Positions 48,243-60,637 of a stretch of 64,000 bases of DNA are shown here, piece after piece (within the stretch, counting starts at the first letter, position 1; every line of letters begins with the position of its first letter). The position numbers and the translations under genes were made by a program. The notes beneath the pieces were generated by a model. That model had not been told where the DNA came from. It saw only the letters and a program-made list of their open reading frames with translations, and did not search any database. This DNA is from Pachysolen tannophilus NRRL Y-2460 (taxonomy: Eukaryota). The stretch spans positions 165,868 through 229,867 of the forward strand of contig KV454016.1 in the NCBI GenBank assembly GCA_001661245.1, written 5' to 3'.

Positions 48243-49373
48243 TCAGTCATCTTCAAGATTTAATTGTTCCATGTCAAAATCTCCTTTTAACACTTCTGGA
48301 ATTTCGGTAAATACCCTTGTTGGATCTCTACGATAAGCTTCCCATGGGAAAATAGGAGGAGGCAATTCTTCATTTATAACTTCATCAGATAAAATAGGTT
48401 CATTATTTTGTTCCTCAATATCAAGATCCCAAGTATTCACTAATTTTTCTTCAGCCAAATTTGGCAGTTGTGGCTCTTTGCCATATTTGTCTTGTAAAGA
48501 TGAAGAAGATTCTCCTGGAATGGTGATAACTGGTGGAGTAATTCCCGATGAAGCTTCAAAAATTTTACCAGCTTCATAACCAAAATAATTTTTATCAAAT
48601 TCTTCCCACCATAATTTATGGAAATTTTTCAAATTTCCTGTAAAATAATTTTCTATATCTCTTGAAAACCAAGGTTTTTTATTACCAATGAAATGTAATA
48701 CTTTAATATCTTGATGAAATCTATTGTATGCAGGTAAATATTCATAAGAATTTTCCAATGTAATTAAATTAGTATTAACTGTGACATTGTTTATATATGG
48801 TAACCTTAGCCATTTATTTAAAAAAAATTCATTTAATAACCCTTGATCAGCTCCATCAAATGAAGAGTCTAATTCTTGAGATTTAATTAAAAGTTTTTCA
48901 AAAATTTCTTTACTTGGTCTTAAAACTAAAACCCCTGAATTAAAAATATCCGGCCAACTAGATTCCAGACAAGCTGCAATATCATAATTTGATCCTTTTA
49001 AAATATTAAATAATCCATTTAAGTTTTTCAAAGGTAAAACATCACAATCTAGATAAATTAAAAAATCATAATCAGTTTGATCAAATATCAGAATTTTAGT
49101 CAATGTCTTAAATAAATCTGGTCTGTTCAAAATTCTTAAATTTTTCTCTGATGTAGAAATTATAGGTTCAATTTCAATAATCTTATCAAATTCTTCTGAA
49201 ACTAATTCAAGTGTCTTCTCAGAAAGCCCTGTTGCATCAATTAATAGTATCACGTCATTTTCAGTGGTCTTTTTCAATGTTTTCAGTAACAATAAAGCAC
49301 CTGGCAAATAATCGTCATTCAATAAAATAGTGATATATGCATCTTTTGAATGTTGCTCCGATATTGAAGACAT
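48243..49373 (-). CDS. Glycogenin (GT8 self-glucosylating initiator, Glg1/Glg2 family)
   Basis: AYITILLNDDYLPGALLL[CTG=A], YLDCD, WPDIFNSG, SFDGADQGLLNEFF, HFIGNKKPW, PIFPWE…PTRVF. Confidence 0.92.
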   Translation of the reverse strand: MSSISEQHSKDAYITILLNDDYLPGALLLLKTLKKTTENDVILLIDATGLSEKTLELVSEEFDKIIEIEPIISTSEKNLRILNRPDLFKTLTKILIFDQTDYDFLIYLDCDVLPLKNLNGLFNILKGSNYDIAACLESSWPDIFNSGVLVLRPSKEIFEKLLIKSQELDSSFDGADQGLLNEFFLNKWLRLPYINNVTVNTNLITLENSYEYLPAYNRFHQDIKVLHFIGNKKPWFSRDIENYFTGNLKNFHKLWWEEFDKNYFGYEAGKIFEASSGITPPVITIPGESSSSLQDKYGKEPQLPNLAEEKLVNTWDLDIEEQNNEPILSDEVINEELPPPIFPWEAYRRDPTRVFTEIPEVLKGDFDMEQLNLEDD

Positions 49374-49815
49374 TATGATATGACTATGAAATAAAGAGAA
49401 TGGAGATCTACATTTGAATAGTATTGATTAATTGTTAATTCAATCGTTTGTTTTAATACTTGATTCATTTTTTTTTTTTTTTATTTTTTATTTTTTTTCT
49501 TTAAAAAGAATAAAAAATAATAATAATTATTTTTCGTTAGACGCAGGACGTACAACTATAATTATTACAAGGAATATTAATTACCTATTAATTATATTCT
49601 TATCAAAAAAAGAAAAAGGAAAAAAAAAAAGAAAGATGAATAAAAACATAGTAAAGTAAAGGTTCTAATCCGTATCTCCTAATTGTTTCATTTATGCTTC
49701 TGTCTGCAAACCGATAAGAAAAACAATAGATTAATACACTACTTTCAATTTAAACATCTCATTTTACCATAGTATATATAATTTTTTTCTATGAAACATC
49801 CATAAAAATTACAAA

Positions 49816-51047
49816 TTACTCAAATCTGTAATTTTGTGGTTGTTGCTGCCCATAGCTGTTGCTCATATCCTGATAGCTGCGGTTGTAATTTCCGTAATAT
49901 TCCTGACCGAATGGTTGTTGAGGGAGTCCTCCACCAAACGCAGATGGGTTATATTTGTTATATTGAAGCCCCGAAAACTGCAGCAGAGGTTGAGGGATCA
50001 TCTGAGGAAGTCTCAGCTGCAGTTGTTGCTGTAGTTGTTGTAGTTGCAGCTGCTGTTGTTGTTGTTGTTGCAGCTGTTGTTGTTGATGTTGATGTTGTTG
50101 TTGACGTGGTACGAGTTGATGATGCGATGGCAGCACTTGCTGTTGCACTTGTTGTACTTGTTGTTGTAGTTGTGTGTTTGATTGCTGCTGTTGTAAGCTC
50201 ACCGATGTATTTGTAGACAACACCCTTTGAGTTGAGACTGGAGTTGACTTACTGTTGGATCTTAATTTCATATACTCTTTGTAATACTCTTCAGTAACAC
50301 CAAAAGATTCAGGATCTCTTAAAAATAATATTTTAATAATTTCTTTACATTGTTTATCGGTAAAATGTTTACCAGTTGATTTTAATAATTCTTTTGCTAA
50401 GAATCTCCATTTCTCAACTTCTCCTTCGTCTACTAAACTCTGAAGGGTGGCAATATCTTCCGCGTTACATTCAGATGTACCTCCTCCTTGTTGACCGATT
50501 AAAACCTGATATCTATTTCTAGCAGCTAAGAAACTTCCAACTCCAGTTATATCTGCTACGTCAACCCATGATTTACCAGCTTTTTTCAATTGAACAATCA
50601 TTTGATCTTGTTCTTTCGAATATTTGGAACGTCTTCTTGCCCTACGAGGATGGTTTTCTTGTAATAATGACTCTGGATTAATAGGAGCAATTGATAGAGG
50701 AGGATGTGGTAATACTTTGGCTAAATTTTCAACCAAAGGACTAACTGGTGCATTGTGGTTAACAATCTGTTGTTGCAGAACTTTTGGTTGAGTATAATAG
50801 ATCGGATTGGCAATGCTAGGACCCCCAACACTAGTTACTGTACTATTCTTAGCATAAGTTTGAAATTGTTGTTGTTGTTGTTGTTGTTGTTCCCTATAAT
50901 ATTGGTGATGTGGATGCTGTAAATCTGCTTCATATGACAACTTGTTATCTCCAAGTTTGGTGTTATTATTATCACTACTATTATTATTATTATTATTAAT
51001 ATTATTATTATTATTATTATTAATATTATTAATATTATTATTATTAC

Positions 51048-51101
<54 letters not shown>

Positions 51102-51105
51102 TCAT
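49816..51105 (-). CDS. Myb/SANT-like domain protein with poly-Asn N-terminus and poly-Gln C-terminus (putative regulator)
   Basis: RRRSKYSKEQDQMIVQLKKAGKSWVDVA…ARNRYQVL is Myb-like; long (AAT)n and (CAA/CAG)n tracts. Confidence 0.75.
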
Positions 51106-51963
51106 TGTTCATGCAAGTAAAAACTATTCTTTGACTAACTTCAATCAACAATATTGTTATTGAAAAATATTATATATGTTATATTCTGTTATGATATTAT
51201 TATCAAAAAAATATTGTTCATTCAAATATATAAAAAATAATTATAGTCAAATGCTCCAAAAAAATTCTTAAATACTTCAAAATAACTAGTATTAAACAAA
51301 TTGTTTAAAAAAAAAGTACATATTATTAAAAGTATCAGACAAATTATTCATCGAAGATTTAAAAAAACTTCTGTAATAAATAATAACCTGATATTTTTTT
51401 CTACATAAATCTTCATGTTCCTTACGGTAGCTCCACTTATTTGGTACTTCTGCTGCGCATATATTGGCTAAATTTAATTTCACTAGAAAAACTCTGGTGA
51501 TTTATTCTAATGCGCATACTGAAAAAAAAAAAAAAAAAAACAAAAAAAAAAAATCTAACTTCGAGAATCCATGATAAAGTACTTCAATTTATGCGGTATA
51601 TCGTATTCTATACTTAATCTGTGATCTTTATAGTGAAAGTTTTAAAATTAAAACCTTTCATATCTTGCTAGATTTCTGTTATCAACTGCCACCATTTTCT
51701 ATTATTAACCTTTTATTGATAAGAGATATGACTATTATTTAAAAATGCACAAAAGCCAAAAACGTCCATCCACACTTTTCTTTACGTATGCGAACACCGA
51801 TGGGACTATTGTTAGCTAGCTACAAATCTGACTTTTCTTTTCGGCCTCGAAAAATAGAAAATTTACTAGTAAAATAACTCTCTTCGAGAAAAGCTATTTC
51901 CTTAATAGGAAAAAAAAAACTACTGAAAACGATAAAAAAAAAAATTGTTTTTATTTCAAGATC

Positions 51964-52035
51964 TGGACGTGCCCGGGTTCGAACTGGGGTCTTTTTCACC
52001 TGAAGAAAACGCGCTAACCACTGCGCCACACGCCC
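51964..52035 (-). tRNA. tRNA-Ala with CAG anticodon (decodes CUG as Ala)
   Basis: GGGCGTG TG GCGC AGTGGTTA GCGC G TTTTC TT-CAG-GT GAAAA AGAC CCCAG TTCGAAC CCGGG CACGTCC A. G3:U70, A73, short variable loop, downstream T-run terminator. Confidence 0.93.
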
Positions 52036-55000
52036 TTAAATACTAACTTTTAATGACAAAATTATCTATATTTATTGATAAAACTAAATTTAAATAGTTT
52101 TAAATCCACATTGATATAATGCTTCAACTAGCAAAATATACTTAGCCTAACGGAAATTATGTAGATATAATCGCTACAAATTTTTTAAAAACCCGTTTTT
52201 ACTATCTTTATAGCTACAATATAAATAAAATAATCTCTTCAACTCGTATTCGACACTTTAGCCTAAACGATTCAAATCAATTAAGAAGTTCTTGATTTTT
52301 CTCCTTTGGGATTCTAAATCTTAAAACGAACACAGTACCAAAAATACTATATTAAATAAATCAAAAATGAAAACACAATCATTAAGTGCCCTCAAAAATA
52401 AGGCTAGATATTGATTGAGATCAATAACTATTTACATCAAATGATGTTTGTTAAACAATAAATTGAGGCTACAAGACAACTCAAACGATTGATAATCTGA
52501 AAAGATTTATCCTAATTAGAGATATAGACTTGTTTTCGCTTAGCTTCACCATTATGTGTCCAAGTGCTCATTATTTTAAATGACAATGATTTTTAAATAA
52601 TAATTGTTTACTGAACAAGTAATTTTTTTTTCAAAAAGAGACGAAGAGAAACTAAAATAACCTTACACCTCAAACCCTTATATATTTTCCCGTTACATTT
52701 TTCTTCATTGAGACCTATTACTACTGTCATGAAAAATTCAAATACTAAAGACTGCTTCCAATAAATCTTGAAAGAAAACTTGTTACAAAACTCAAACAAA
52801 GTAATTAGTATCGAAGGATTACATCGTTCCTTTACATGCAAACTTGAAAAAATACACTTTATCTCAAATTAGGGAAACAAAAAAAGAGTTCAGCATTACG
52901 TTGAATTTTTATGAAAGTTAAGGGCTTACTTCCTTATCTTTGTAACTACAATTCTTTGAGTATGAGTGCACTGCAGCTCCAATTCGAATTTCAACTAACC
53001 GGTTAGTAGCCCAGACAATAACTGCGAAAGAGACTATACACAATAAAAGACATCTAATATCAGATTTTCTCTTTGTGATTTGAAAGCAAATATCAAAAGA
53101 AATCAAATGAAATATCCAGTAAAAGCGAAAGCCTATTTCAAAAACAGTGAAATAAAACGTTTTGAAATCTATTCTGTTTTCATAAACTTCATACATTTGT
53201 CTAATACATGAAACCACTTTGTTTTTTTTTGTTTTTTTTTAATTAATCTTTCTGTTTAGCAATATCCTTCATTAGCTATGGAAAAAATTTCGGCTCGAAA
53301 AAAATTTCAGCATCCAAACTATATTTGAATTAAAATAAATTTCACTGAGCTGTATCTTCACCAACTTCACCTTCAGCTAATTGAAGAAACTAATACATAT
53401 TTTAAAAGTAAACGCTACAGCTAGGTCAATGAGTAAACATACTCTTCTCCATTGACTCGATAAACAGCGAAATATCAAAACTCAATTTTATCAAAAAGTA
53501 AACTTGGACCTTACTCGCTAGATAGGATCAATGGATTTTGTTGCTCGTTTGTAAAACGCAAAAGCGACTACAGGTTTATAAAGGTGTTTCTTCAAAACTT
53601 TGATCTCGCAGAACATTAAGAAAGTTATATATTCAACAACTAAAAAACTTCAAAGTAAGAGTAAAACAAATACAATAGGGTTCTGTTAGTTAATAGTAAA
53701 TTTTAGTTGATATAACTTAATTTAGATTAACCGAAATTTAGAGAGATTTCTAAATCAAATTTTTTTCTTACTGATTTAATTTCTTTAACCAAATTGTATT
53801 AATGTATATTTGGAAACCCATTACTCAATCAATATACACCGTCGTTTGCATTCCATGAAAAAAAAAAAAAGAATTAAAATTCAGGTTTCAGAGATTGACT
53901 AATTAAAAACTTTTAGATATTACTGTGAACGCCAAGAACCTACTGAACAACCCCCAAGAGACTATGGACATTACCATTCTATTTTCATCATATTGGTTCG
54001 TTTCAAATAACAGTTCTGAAGTCCTATTACAAATCAACAACTACAATATAATATCAAGTCCCCTTTGACAAGTTTGTCCTCCGAGAAGAAGAGAGTTGAT
54101 CATTGAAGAAGCCAAACAAGGACCAATATCTATTTAAAGGTAGATTTGTAGGAAAAAAAACATTGATGGGCTTCTATTTTCTTTACCCTCTATTTTCGAA
54201 CTTGTTATTTTTGAATATTAACTTTCTTTATGTAATTGAAGTACGAAGTTCACTGTTAAGCTTTGACTTAACCAGTTGGACTAATGGTCTCAGTTTACTT
54301 AAAATGTAAGGCACTCACTCGCTCATATCTGAGATTCCTAATGTTCTGAAGTTGTTACCCCTGTTTAGCAGGATAGTGTAGCCGATACCGTTATACAGTC
54401 CTCCATATTCTCGCAACACCTTAAACTTACATTGTAATGAGATGTAATACTTATCAAAAGTAATTGATTGTTACAAGGCAAAATAAAATTAAAATACTAA
54501 ACTTTTCAAAATAAGAATCTGGAAGCAGAAAACACTATTCGTTTGCTCCGATGCGATTAAAATATATCTAATACCTTGGGTTCGTTAATTTTTATTTCAG
54601 ACTTTAATGAGATTCAAAACAAAACACTAATTTTGCTAGCTATACGTTTAGTCTGTAGCCTAGCGCTGATGGGGGGCAATTTATATGGAAAGTCAATTGC
54701 AAAGTTTTAAAGAAAAGAGATAAAAAATAACGCTTTTCCGATTCTGTATGTTGTCCTCATTCTAAAAATCTCAATTTTTATCTCTAAGAACTGTTCTCAG
54801 TGGAGCTTTTAGTTTTCCGAGTAATTAACCTGTTGGATAATAAATTTGCTTTTGGGATGAAATCCATTGAACCTACCTACTATTGTATGTGGATATAGAA
54901 GAATGCTGATATTTCCATATACTGAACAAGAGAATTGGATTCACGTATTTTTTTGAAAATACTTCTTCTCTCTTTCCTTATTACTTGCGAAGCAGCACCG

Positions 55001-58000
55001 AATTTGCTATTTGAACTTAAAAGAAGATGCAGGGACTTCAGAAGCTCTTTTAATCGTTTGCTTTCATTTGAACTTGAGTTTCTCTAGCAACATAAATGCT
55101 CCCCAACAGTTCTAGTTATGATGCAATAATTTATATAGTATAGATTTAGAACGATATAAGCAAATAGCATTGGGCCACTCACAACCTAAAGGTGAAAAAA
55201 AAAAGTCCATATGCAAAATCTCAAGATGGATCCGTCAGGGTATGAACAGTTTGGATCAGTTACTAACCTTTAAATCTTGAAAATAAATATGATGCATTGC
55301 GTATCAAGGGAATATCAATATCATTCCTTTACTTCGTTAGTGACTAATTGATCACGACCATTTTTCAGAGCCCTCTTCCTGTTCACTTCTTATCTCTCAT
55401 CTATTATTTAAAATTCACCCTGAAGAGTTTCTGAACTAAGTTATTTGGATTTGCATTTAGACATAGGGGAGAAGATCATATTTTTAGGATCGATTGTTGA
55501 TAAGTCATAAACCTCTAAATCCATACTAACTGACAATTATTTGAGTGTTTTGTTTAATTTGCTTGTATTCTTTTTCGTGCCACAATTTCCTTTACCTTAG
55601 TAATAAATCATTTATTATTTATATCCCAACTGTAGAAGTGGTTCAATCGAAGCAAATTCCAAAAGAAAAACAATCTGCTAACGACGATGCAAGATATTTA
55701 ACGGTTATCTAAAACTAAGTTGATTGCAGCGAAAAACGAAGAAGTCAGAAGTGAGTTCTGTGATCAAAACTTAGATTTCCAGAATAATTGCTCCTAACCT
55801 TAAAAATCACGATTCGTTTATACACGAGAGCGCTCACTCAAAGTTCTGATTACACCTTCAGAAATACTTAGATAAGGCAAAACCAGAACCTGGAAATTTG
55901 TTAGTTTTAGAGAATTCAATTTAAATAAGGATATCATTACAACGTGTTTCTTTCAGGATATTGAATTCTCATCTCAAAAATGTAAAACTCATCAATGGAA
56001 TCTTAAACGAATTTACTTCATTTTAGTCGTAGAAACAACCAGAATCAGAAGCTTTAATTGGTTTTGTTTAGTTACTTATCCTGAGGAATTTATGGAGAGA
56101 GATAGTCGGAATAGAAAATCAGCAAAAATTATAACACATCTTCGTTCAGCTGACATCAATTTTTTTCTACTTTTTTATTAGTTACTTAGTAAACATTTTT
56201 AGTTTCCCCCAATGCAGAATGGGAAGCTTGTGCTAAAGCTTCGAGTCTAGATGTGAATTCTAGTTAATATGAGCTGTGTGCGAAAATTTATTTAGTGCCT
56301 TAAAAATAAAAAGTATTCCGAGTGCTGTATTTGATGTTTCATTTGCATTTGTGTTTTCGGAAGATGTCAGGAAGAATAACTTTAAAGCATTTTTTCTACA
56401 AGATCAGGGACAATAACTTCAACAAATCGAACATAATCTACGGGTTTCGTGAAAGAACTTGAGTTCAGACAAAAGTTAAGTTAAGGAATAATTGAATCTG
56501 ATTTGTAATATCAAAAACTTGTGATCAATTAAATGGATTTTTAGTTCAGATTCTTCTTTTAGCTAGTATGAGGTACCTTCTCTAATACTTTTGAAGTATA
56601 CTAATATCCTTAATATTTTCTATTTAGCAAAGAATGTTTACTGTAAGAGCAAAACAAAGATTAGGAGCTCTGTTGTTTTTTAATTTTTTCACGCTTTTTT
56701 ATGGATGTTTTTTTAATTTTCTGCAAAATAAAAGTAAAAGAGAAACTAACTTAGGATTGTCTCTTGAATCTTTTGTATCTTATTGAAAGATACAGGCCAT
56801 ATTTTTGTTTACGAGTTGCCTTTCATTTTACAGTTTATGAGGTTAGTAACTTCAACGTTAGGTATTCCCTGAATGTATCGATTGACCAGGCAGGTATAGG
56901 TAAGTTCCTTCGCAAGTGATGTAGCAGTTTTTTTCGAAGAAAATAACTTAATTATTGTTTCGTCACTATATTCTACGTTGACTGAAATAGTTTGAAAACA
57001 GTAAAGTGATTTATAGAACTCTTTAATAGAGAACTAGTTTTTTATTCTAAACTGGTGAGATAGAAAATACCTGGCAAATAAGAAGCTATTACTAGATTTT
57101 GCTAATTTTTATTTCTAAAGAAAAAATTCGAGCTCGCAATACATCGAAGCTATCTATGTACTACATCTATTTCTCTTAGGACATTCATTGATTGCAAGGC
57201 CCAAACGGATTGTTATTTCTTTAGGATCACTTACTAAATATTTGAAATGCGTTCTCTGTCTGGTGCATGAGTTTCGTTATACTGTTTATCTCCTTGTATG
57301 CTGTTGTTTCGAATAGTATCGTAATAACAAATACTTTTATTTAGTTTTTAGAATAATTTTTTGAAATAATGTGTTACCGACAGCAAATGTTTTATTTGAA
57401 GGCAGGATTCGTTTTTCGGTGCCTTTCAATTAAACATTTCCTTACATACATAGAGGATTAGTGATTCTGGTATTTTGCCCTTGATTTTTTACCTTCTTCA
57501 ATTTTAAGAATATAGAAATTACATTGATAAGGCAAATAAATTTCTTCTACTTTGTATTTCCAAAAGGCTCAAAAGTCACTTTTTGCGGAACGTGAAATCA
57601 AGTTTCAGTGCAGTAAAGGCAATTCATAATATGATTACAATTAGAAATAACAGTAAGTCATAGCTATTGTTATAGAGACCAATAAAACCTGGCAAAGTTG
57701 AATTTTTATTTTGTAACTAGACTCTAATTCGTAATAAATATTCTTCCTAGAAAATGTATCTCAATTATAGAAAAGATTGATATTTGGTATAGGATTGAGA
57801 TCGGAAGGTCGCTGTTAGATAAAAACAATGTTCTGTTTTGATGAAAAATAAAACGATGGATGCGAATTGGATATGGTCCTCAAGTTTCAAAAGAATGTGT
57901 TTTTCTGGAGGACGTAGTCTTAGATCATCAGATTTTAAAAAATAAGGTAGTCTTCTAGAAAGAAACTTTAAAGATAAATTCAAGTAATACCAACTTATGA

Positions 58001-58261
58001 AGATGATAAAAATCATAATGAAGAATTTGTGAAAAAGTTATGAATTTTGTTGGTTACAACTTTTAAGCATAGGTAATTAGTTTATCCGAATATCGTCAAT
58101 TTGGATATTAGCGACCATTGTCGTTAGATAGAAATAATTAAATCTTGTATTGATAGTTAGATCATATTTTTACACTAAACTCGGGCATGTTGAATTACGT
58201 TTTGTAAGTTCAAAAAGAAAAAAAGTTCTATTGTCTATTCAATGTGAAATAAAATCAATAG
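52036..58261. other. 6.2-kb gene-free block, candidate regional centromere
   Basis: No ORF of 100 aa or more; by far the longest intergenic region; flanked by orthologues of centromere-linked genes. Confidence 0.6.
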
Positions 58262-60637
58262 CTATGCTAAATAATTATAAACGTTCCGATCGTCACTCGA
58301 CCTTGCTAAATACTCTCTTTCCAATAAAGCTTCAATCCTTTGTTTTATTAGGCTAGGAGGAGGTTTAAACCTGTTTTGAAGCTGTCTAATGGTTTCATTC
58401 ATTAGTTCATTATGCGTTGCCGTCTTCCTTGCCTTCATTATTCTCACAATAGCGGCATCTGTTTCATACTTTCTCGACCTATCGACACTTTCTATAGTTT
58501 TACCACGTTCAGAATCATCTTCTGGTTTATTGGATAAAGAAACGGCGCTAACTTTTACCTTCGTCAAATTTGAATGAAAATTTTCATTTATCTTAAAAAC
58601 ATCATCGTGCTTTACGTCTCTAGACATTGGTTTTTTAATCAATAATCTTGTTCTTGGGGCCACGGATATGGATTGTAATTGTCTTTTCAATTCTTGCTTA
58701 GGAATATTCGTTAATTCATAAATTTCATCAAATGTGTATTTTTTGTCAGAAGTTTGGTTATCAAAAAGCATTATTATCGCCCCAGAATAAGTTGGCATAT
58801 TGATTTCATATAATTTTTTTTTAAATCGCATTCTGATATCAACGGTACCAAAATTTGGAGCCCAAATTAATATTCTAGCATTGTGCTTTGATAAATAAAA
58901 ATTTTCATATTTTTCTTTCAAAGTGTGAAGACTTTCAGGGAATTTAAAATTATTATCTTTGGTGAGAGGCAATGGCCAAAAAGTGGTAGTTAAAATATTC
59001 ACATCAACCTCTAACTTTTTTTTAGATAGTTCCTTCTGATTATTAGGAGCAACTTCTGCCGCCTCTTTCAATTGCAAAGTTTTAAATTCCGAGGACAAAT
59101 CTTTTGATATCTTAATATCTCTAAACATACCTTCCAATTTGGAAGTAAAAGATGCACCGAGTTCCTGTTTAATCTTACTGATCATACTCCGTTCGAGTTC
59201 ATTTGAAATGGATTTTTGTTGTAATAATCTTTTTGCCAAATGTTTTTTATAATATTTTTCAAACAAATCTTTATCCTTTATATGTCTGAAGATAACAATT
59301 GATTTATCTAAGATGGCTTCACATTCTTCTTCTGTTCTGTTTTTAAATGCACGTTTAATACAGTCATCAATAAACAATGACAAGTATTCACATACGTTAT
59401 TTGATGTGTTCAATAATTGGGAGATTGATGAGTTTATAGCTTTAGCAAGTTGCTGATTGTATGCAAAACTTTTTTTCAAAATTTCTTCATATTTGTCCAT
59501 TAATTCCAAAATATTTTCAACCCATTTTACGGCAAATTGAGTTGTATTTTCCTTTCCAGTTGATTTTGATTGCTTATTGGAATTTGTTAAATTATTTATT
59601 GGTGATACTAGTTCCTTAGTTTTTTTCATTAAATCATCTCCTTCATTTAATATGATTTCATGAAATAAAATTTTCAAGATTGAGAGTTCAGTATCACATC
59701 TTAAAACAAGCTTATAAATCAAATTTAGTTGAGGTAATTTGATATTATCTACCAAATTTTTCAAACCTTCATTTTCAAATCTTAAGATAATATTTAAATT
59801 TTTATCAATTAAGACATTATTCATTAAATCAACCAATTTTGGGAAAGTGGTTTGTGGTAAGTATAATATATTTCTCTGTTCTTCATCTTTGATCAATTGA
59901 TCAATCTTATTAATATATACTAATCCATTTTGGAAAGCTATAATTTCATTGGATATCTTGTTATAAAATTCTAAAGATGCATCCAAAAATACAGGTTCAA
60001 AATATTTCACATAATAATTTTCACCATCATCTTTTTCTCCTGGTAAAGTTTCTAACATATAAATAATTGATTTTATTAAAAATTTATCAATAATTTCACC
60101 AGTATCTCTATTTTTATTAACTTCATTAATCACTATTCTTATGATTCTATCTCCAATTTCATTATTATTATATTTAATAATATAATCTCTGAATAATTCT
60201 AAACCAACATCATAAATTAACAACAAATGATTTTGTTTTGAATAAACTCTATTGAGATACATCAATACATCACTTATCATTCTTGTTGAAAGTAAATTTT
60301 CTTGCCATTGTTTATTAACTTCCAACAAAAATTTTTTATCATCTTCTGTGGTACTTAAAATTTTAGATCTAATATCACAAAGTAAATGTGTCTTTATAGA
60401 TTCCAAGACATTATTATATAAAGATTTCCCAAACTTTCTTAAAACTAAATTATATGAAATTCTATAAAGCTCTTCAAATGATAAACTTGAAGAATTTTTT
60501 GATTGGATTTGCTTGATTGCAAATGATAATACTTCCCATGATTTGTTGAAATCAACTTCAGAACCAGATAACGTTTTCTTGGGAGGCCTGATTTTCGTTC
60601 TTTTCAAACTATGAGCAGAAGAATCATTGATAGACAT
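58262..60637 (-). CDS. CUL3: Cullin 3
   Basis: KIRPPKK, LSFEELYRISYNLVL, DKDLFEKYYKKHLAKRLL, neddylation site DAAIVRIMKARK. First ATG at 60637. Confidence 0.93.
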   Translation of the reverse strand: MSINDSSAHSLKRTKIRPPKKTLSGSEVDFNKSWEVLSFAIKQIQSKNSSSLSFEELYRISYNLVLRKFGKSLYNNVLESIKTHLLCDIRSKILSTTEDDKKFLLEVNKQWQENLLSTRMISDVLMYLNRVYSKQNHLLLIYDVGLELFRDYIIKYNNNEIGDRIIRIVINEVNKNRDTGEIIDKFLIKSIIYMLETLPGEKDDGENYYVKYFEPVFLDASLEFYNKISNEIIAFQNGLVYINKIDQLIKDEEQRNILYLPQTTFPKLVDLMNNVLIDKNLNIILRFENEGLKNLVDNIKLPQLNLIYKLVLRCDTELSILKILFHEIILNEGDDLMKKTKELVSPINNLTNSNKQSKSTGKENTTQFAVKWVENILELMDKYEEILKKSFAYNQQLAKAINSSISQLLNTSNNVCEYLSLFIDDCIKRAFKNRTEEECEAILDKSIVIFRHIKDKDLFEKYYKKHLAKRLLQQKSISNELERSMISKIKQELGASFTSKLEGMFRDIKISKDLSSEFKTLQLKEAAEVAPNNQKELSKKKLEVDVNILTTTFWPLPLTKDNNFKFPESLHTLKEKYENFYLSKHNARILIWAPNFGTVDIRMRFKKKLYEINMPTYSGAIIMLFDNQTSDKKYTFDEIYELTNIPKQELKRQLQSISVAPRTRLLIKKPMSRDVKHDDVFKINENFHSNLTKVKVSAVSLSNKPEDDSERGKTIESVDRSRKYETDAAIVRIMKARKTATHNELMNETIRQLQNRFKPPPSLIKQRIEALLEREYLARSSDDRNVYNYLA

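Noticed and set aside
49834..51163. Poly-Leu/Val ORFs on the + strand
   Set aside because: Antisense shadows of poly-Asn and poly-Gln codon repeats.
51964..52035. Calling this tRNA Leu(CAG), Ser(CAG) or Pro
   Set aside because: It has no long variable arm (needed for Leu/Ser). G3:U70 with A73 and the GCGC D-stem fit Ala, not Pro.
54725..54950. Point-centromere CDEIII-like TTTTCCGA words and a partial TCACGT
   Set aside because: There is no RTCACRTG plus very AT-rich CDEII plus CDEIII in the right order and spacing; these are chance matches.
52608..58016. Short ORFs (68-99 aa) in the gene-free block as genes or transposon/plasmid remnants
   Set aside because: No recognisable motifs and lengths expected by chance. 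A tblastn search could still reveal decayed elements.
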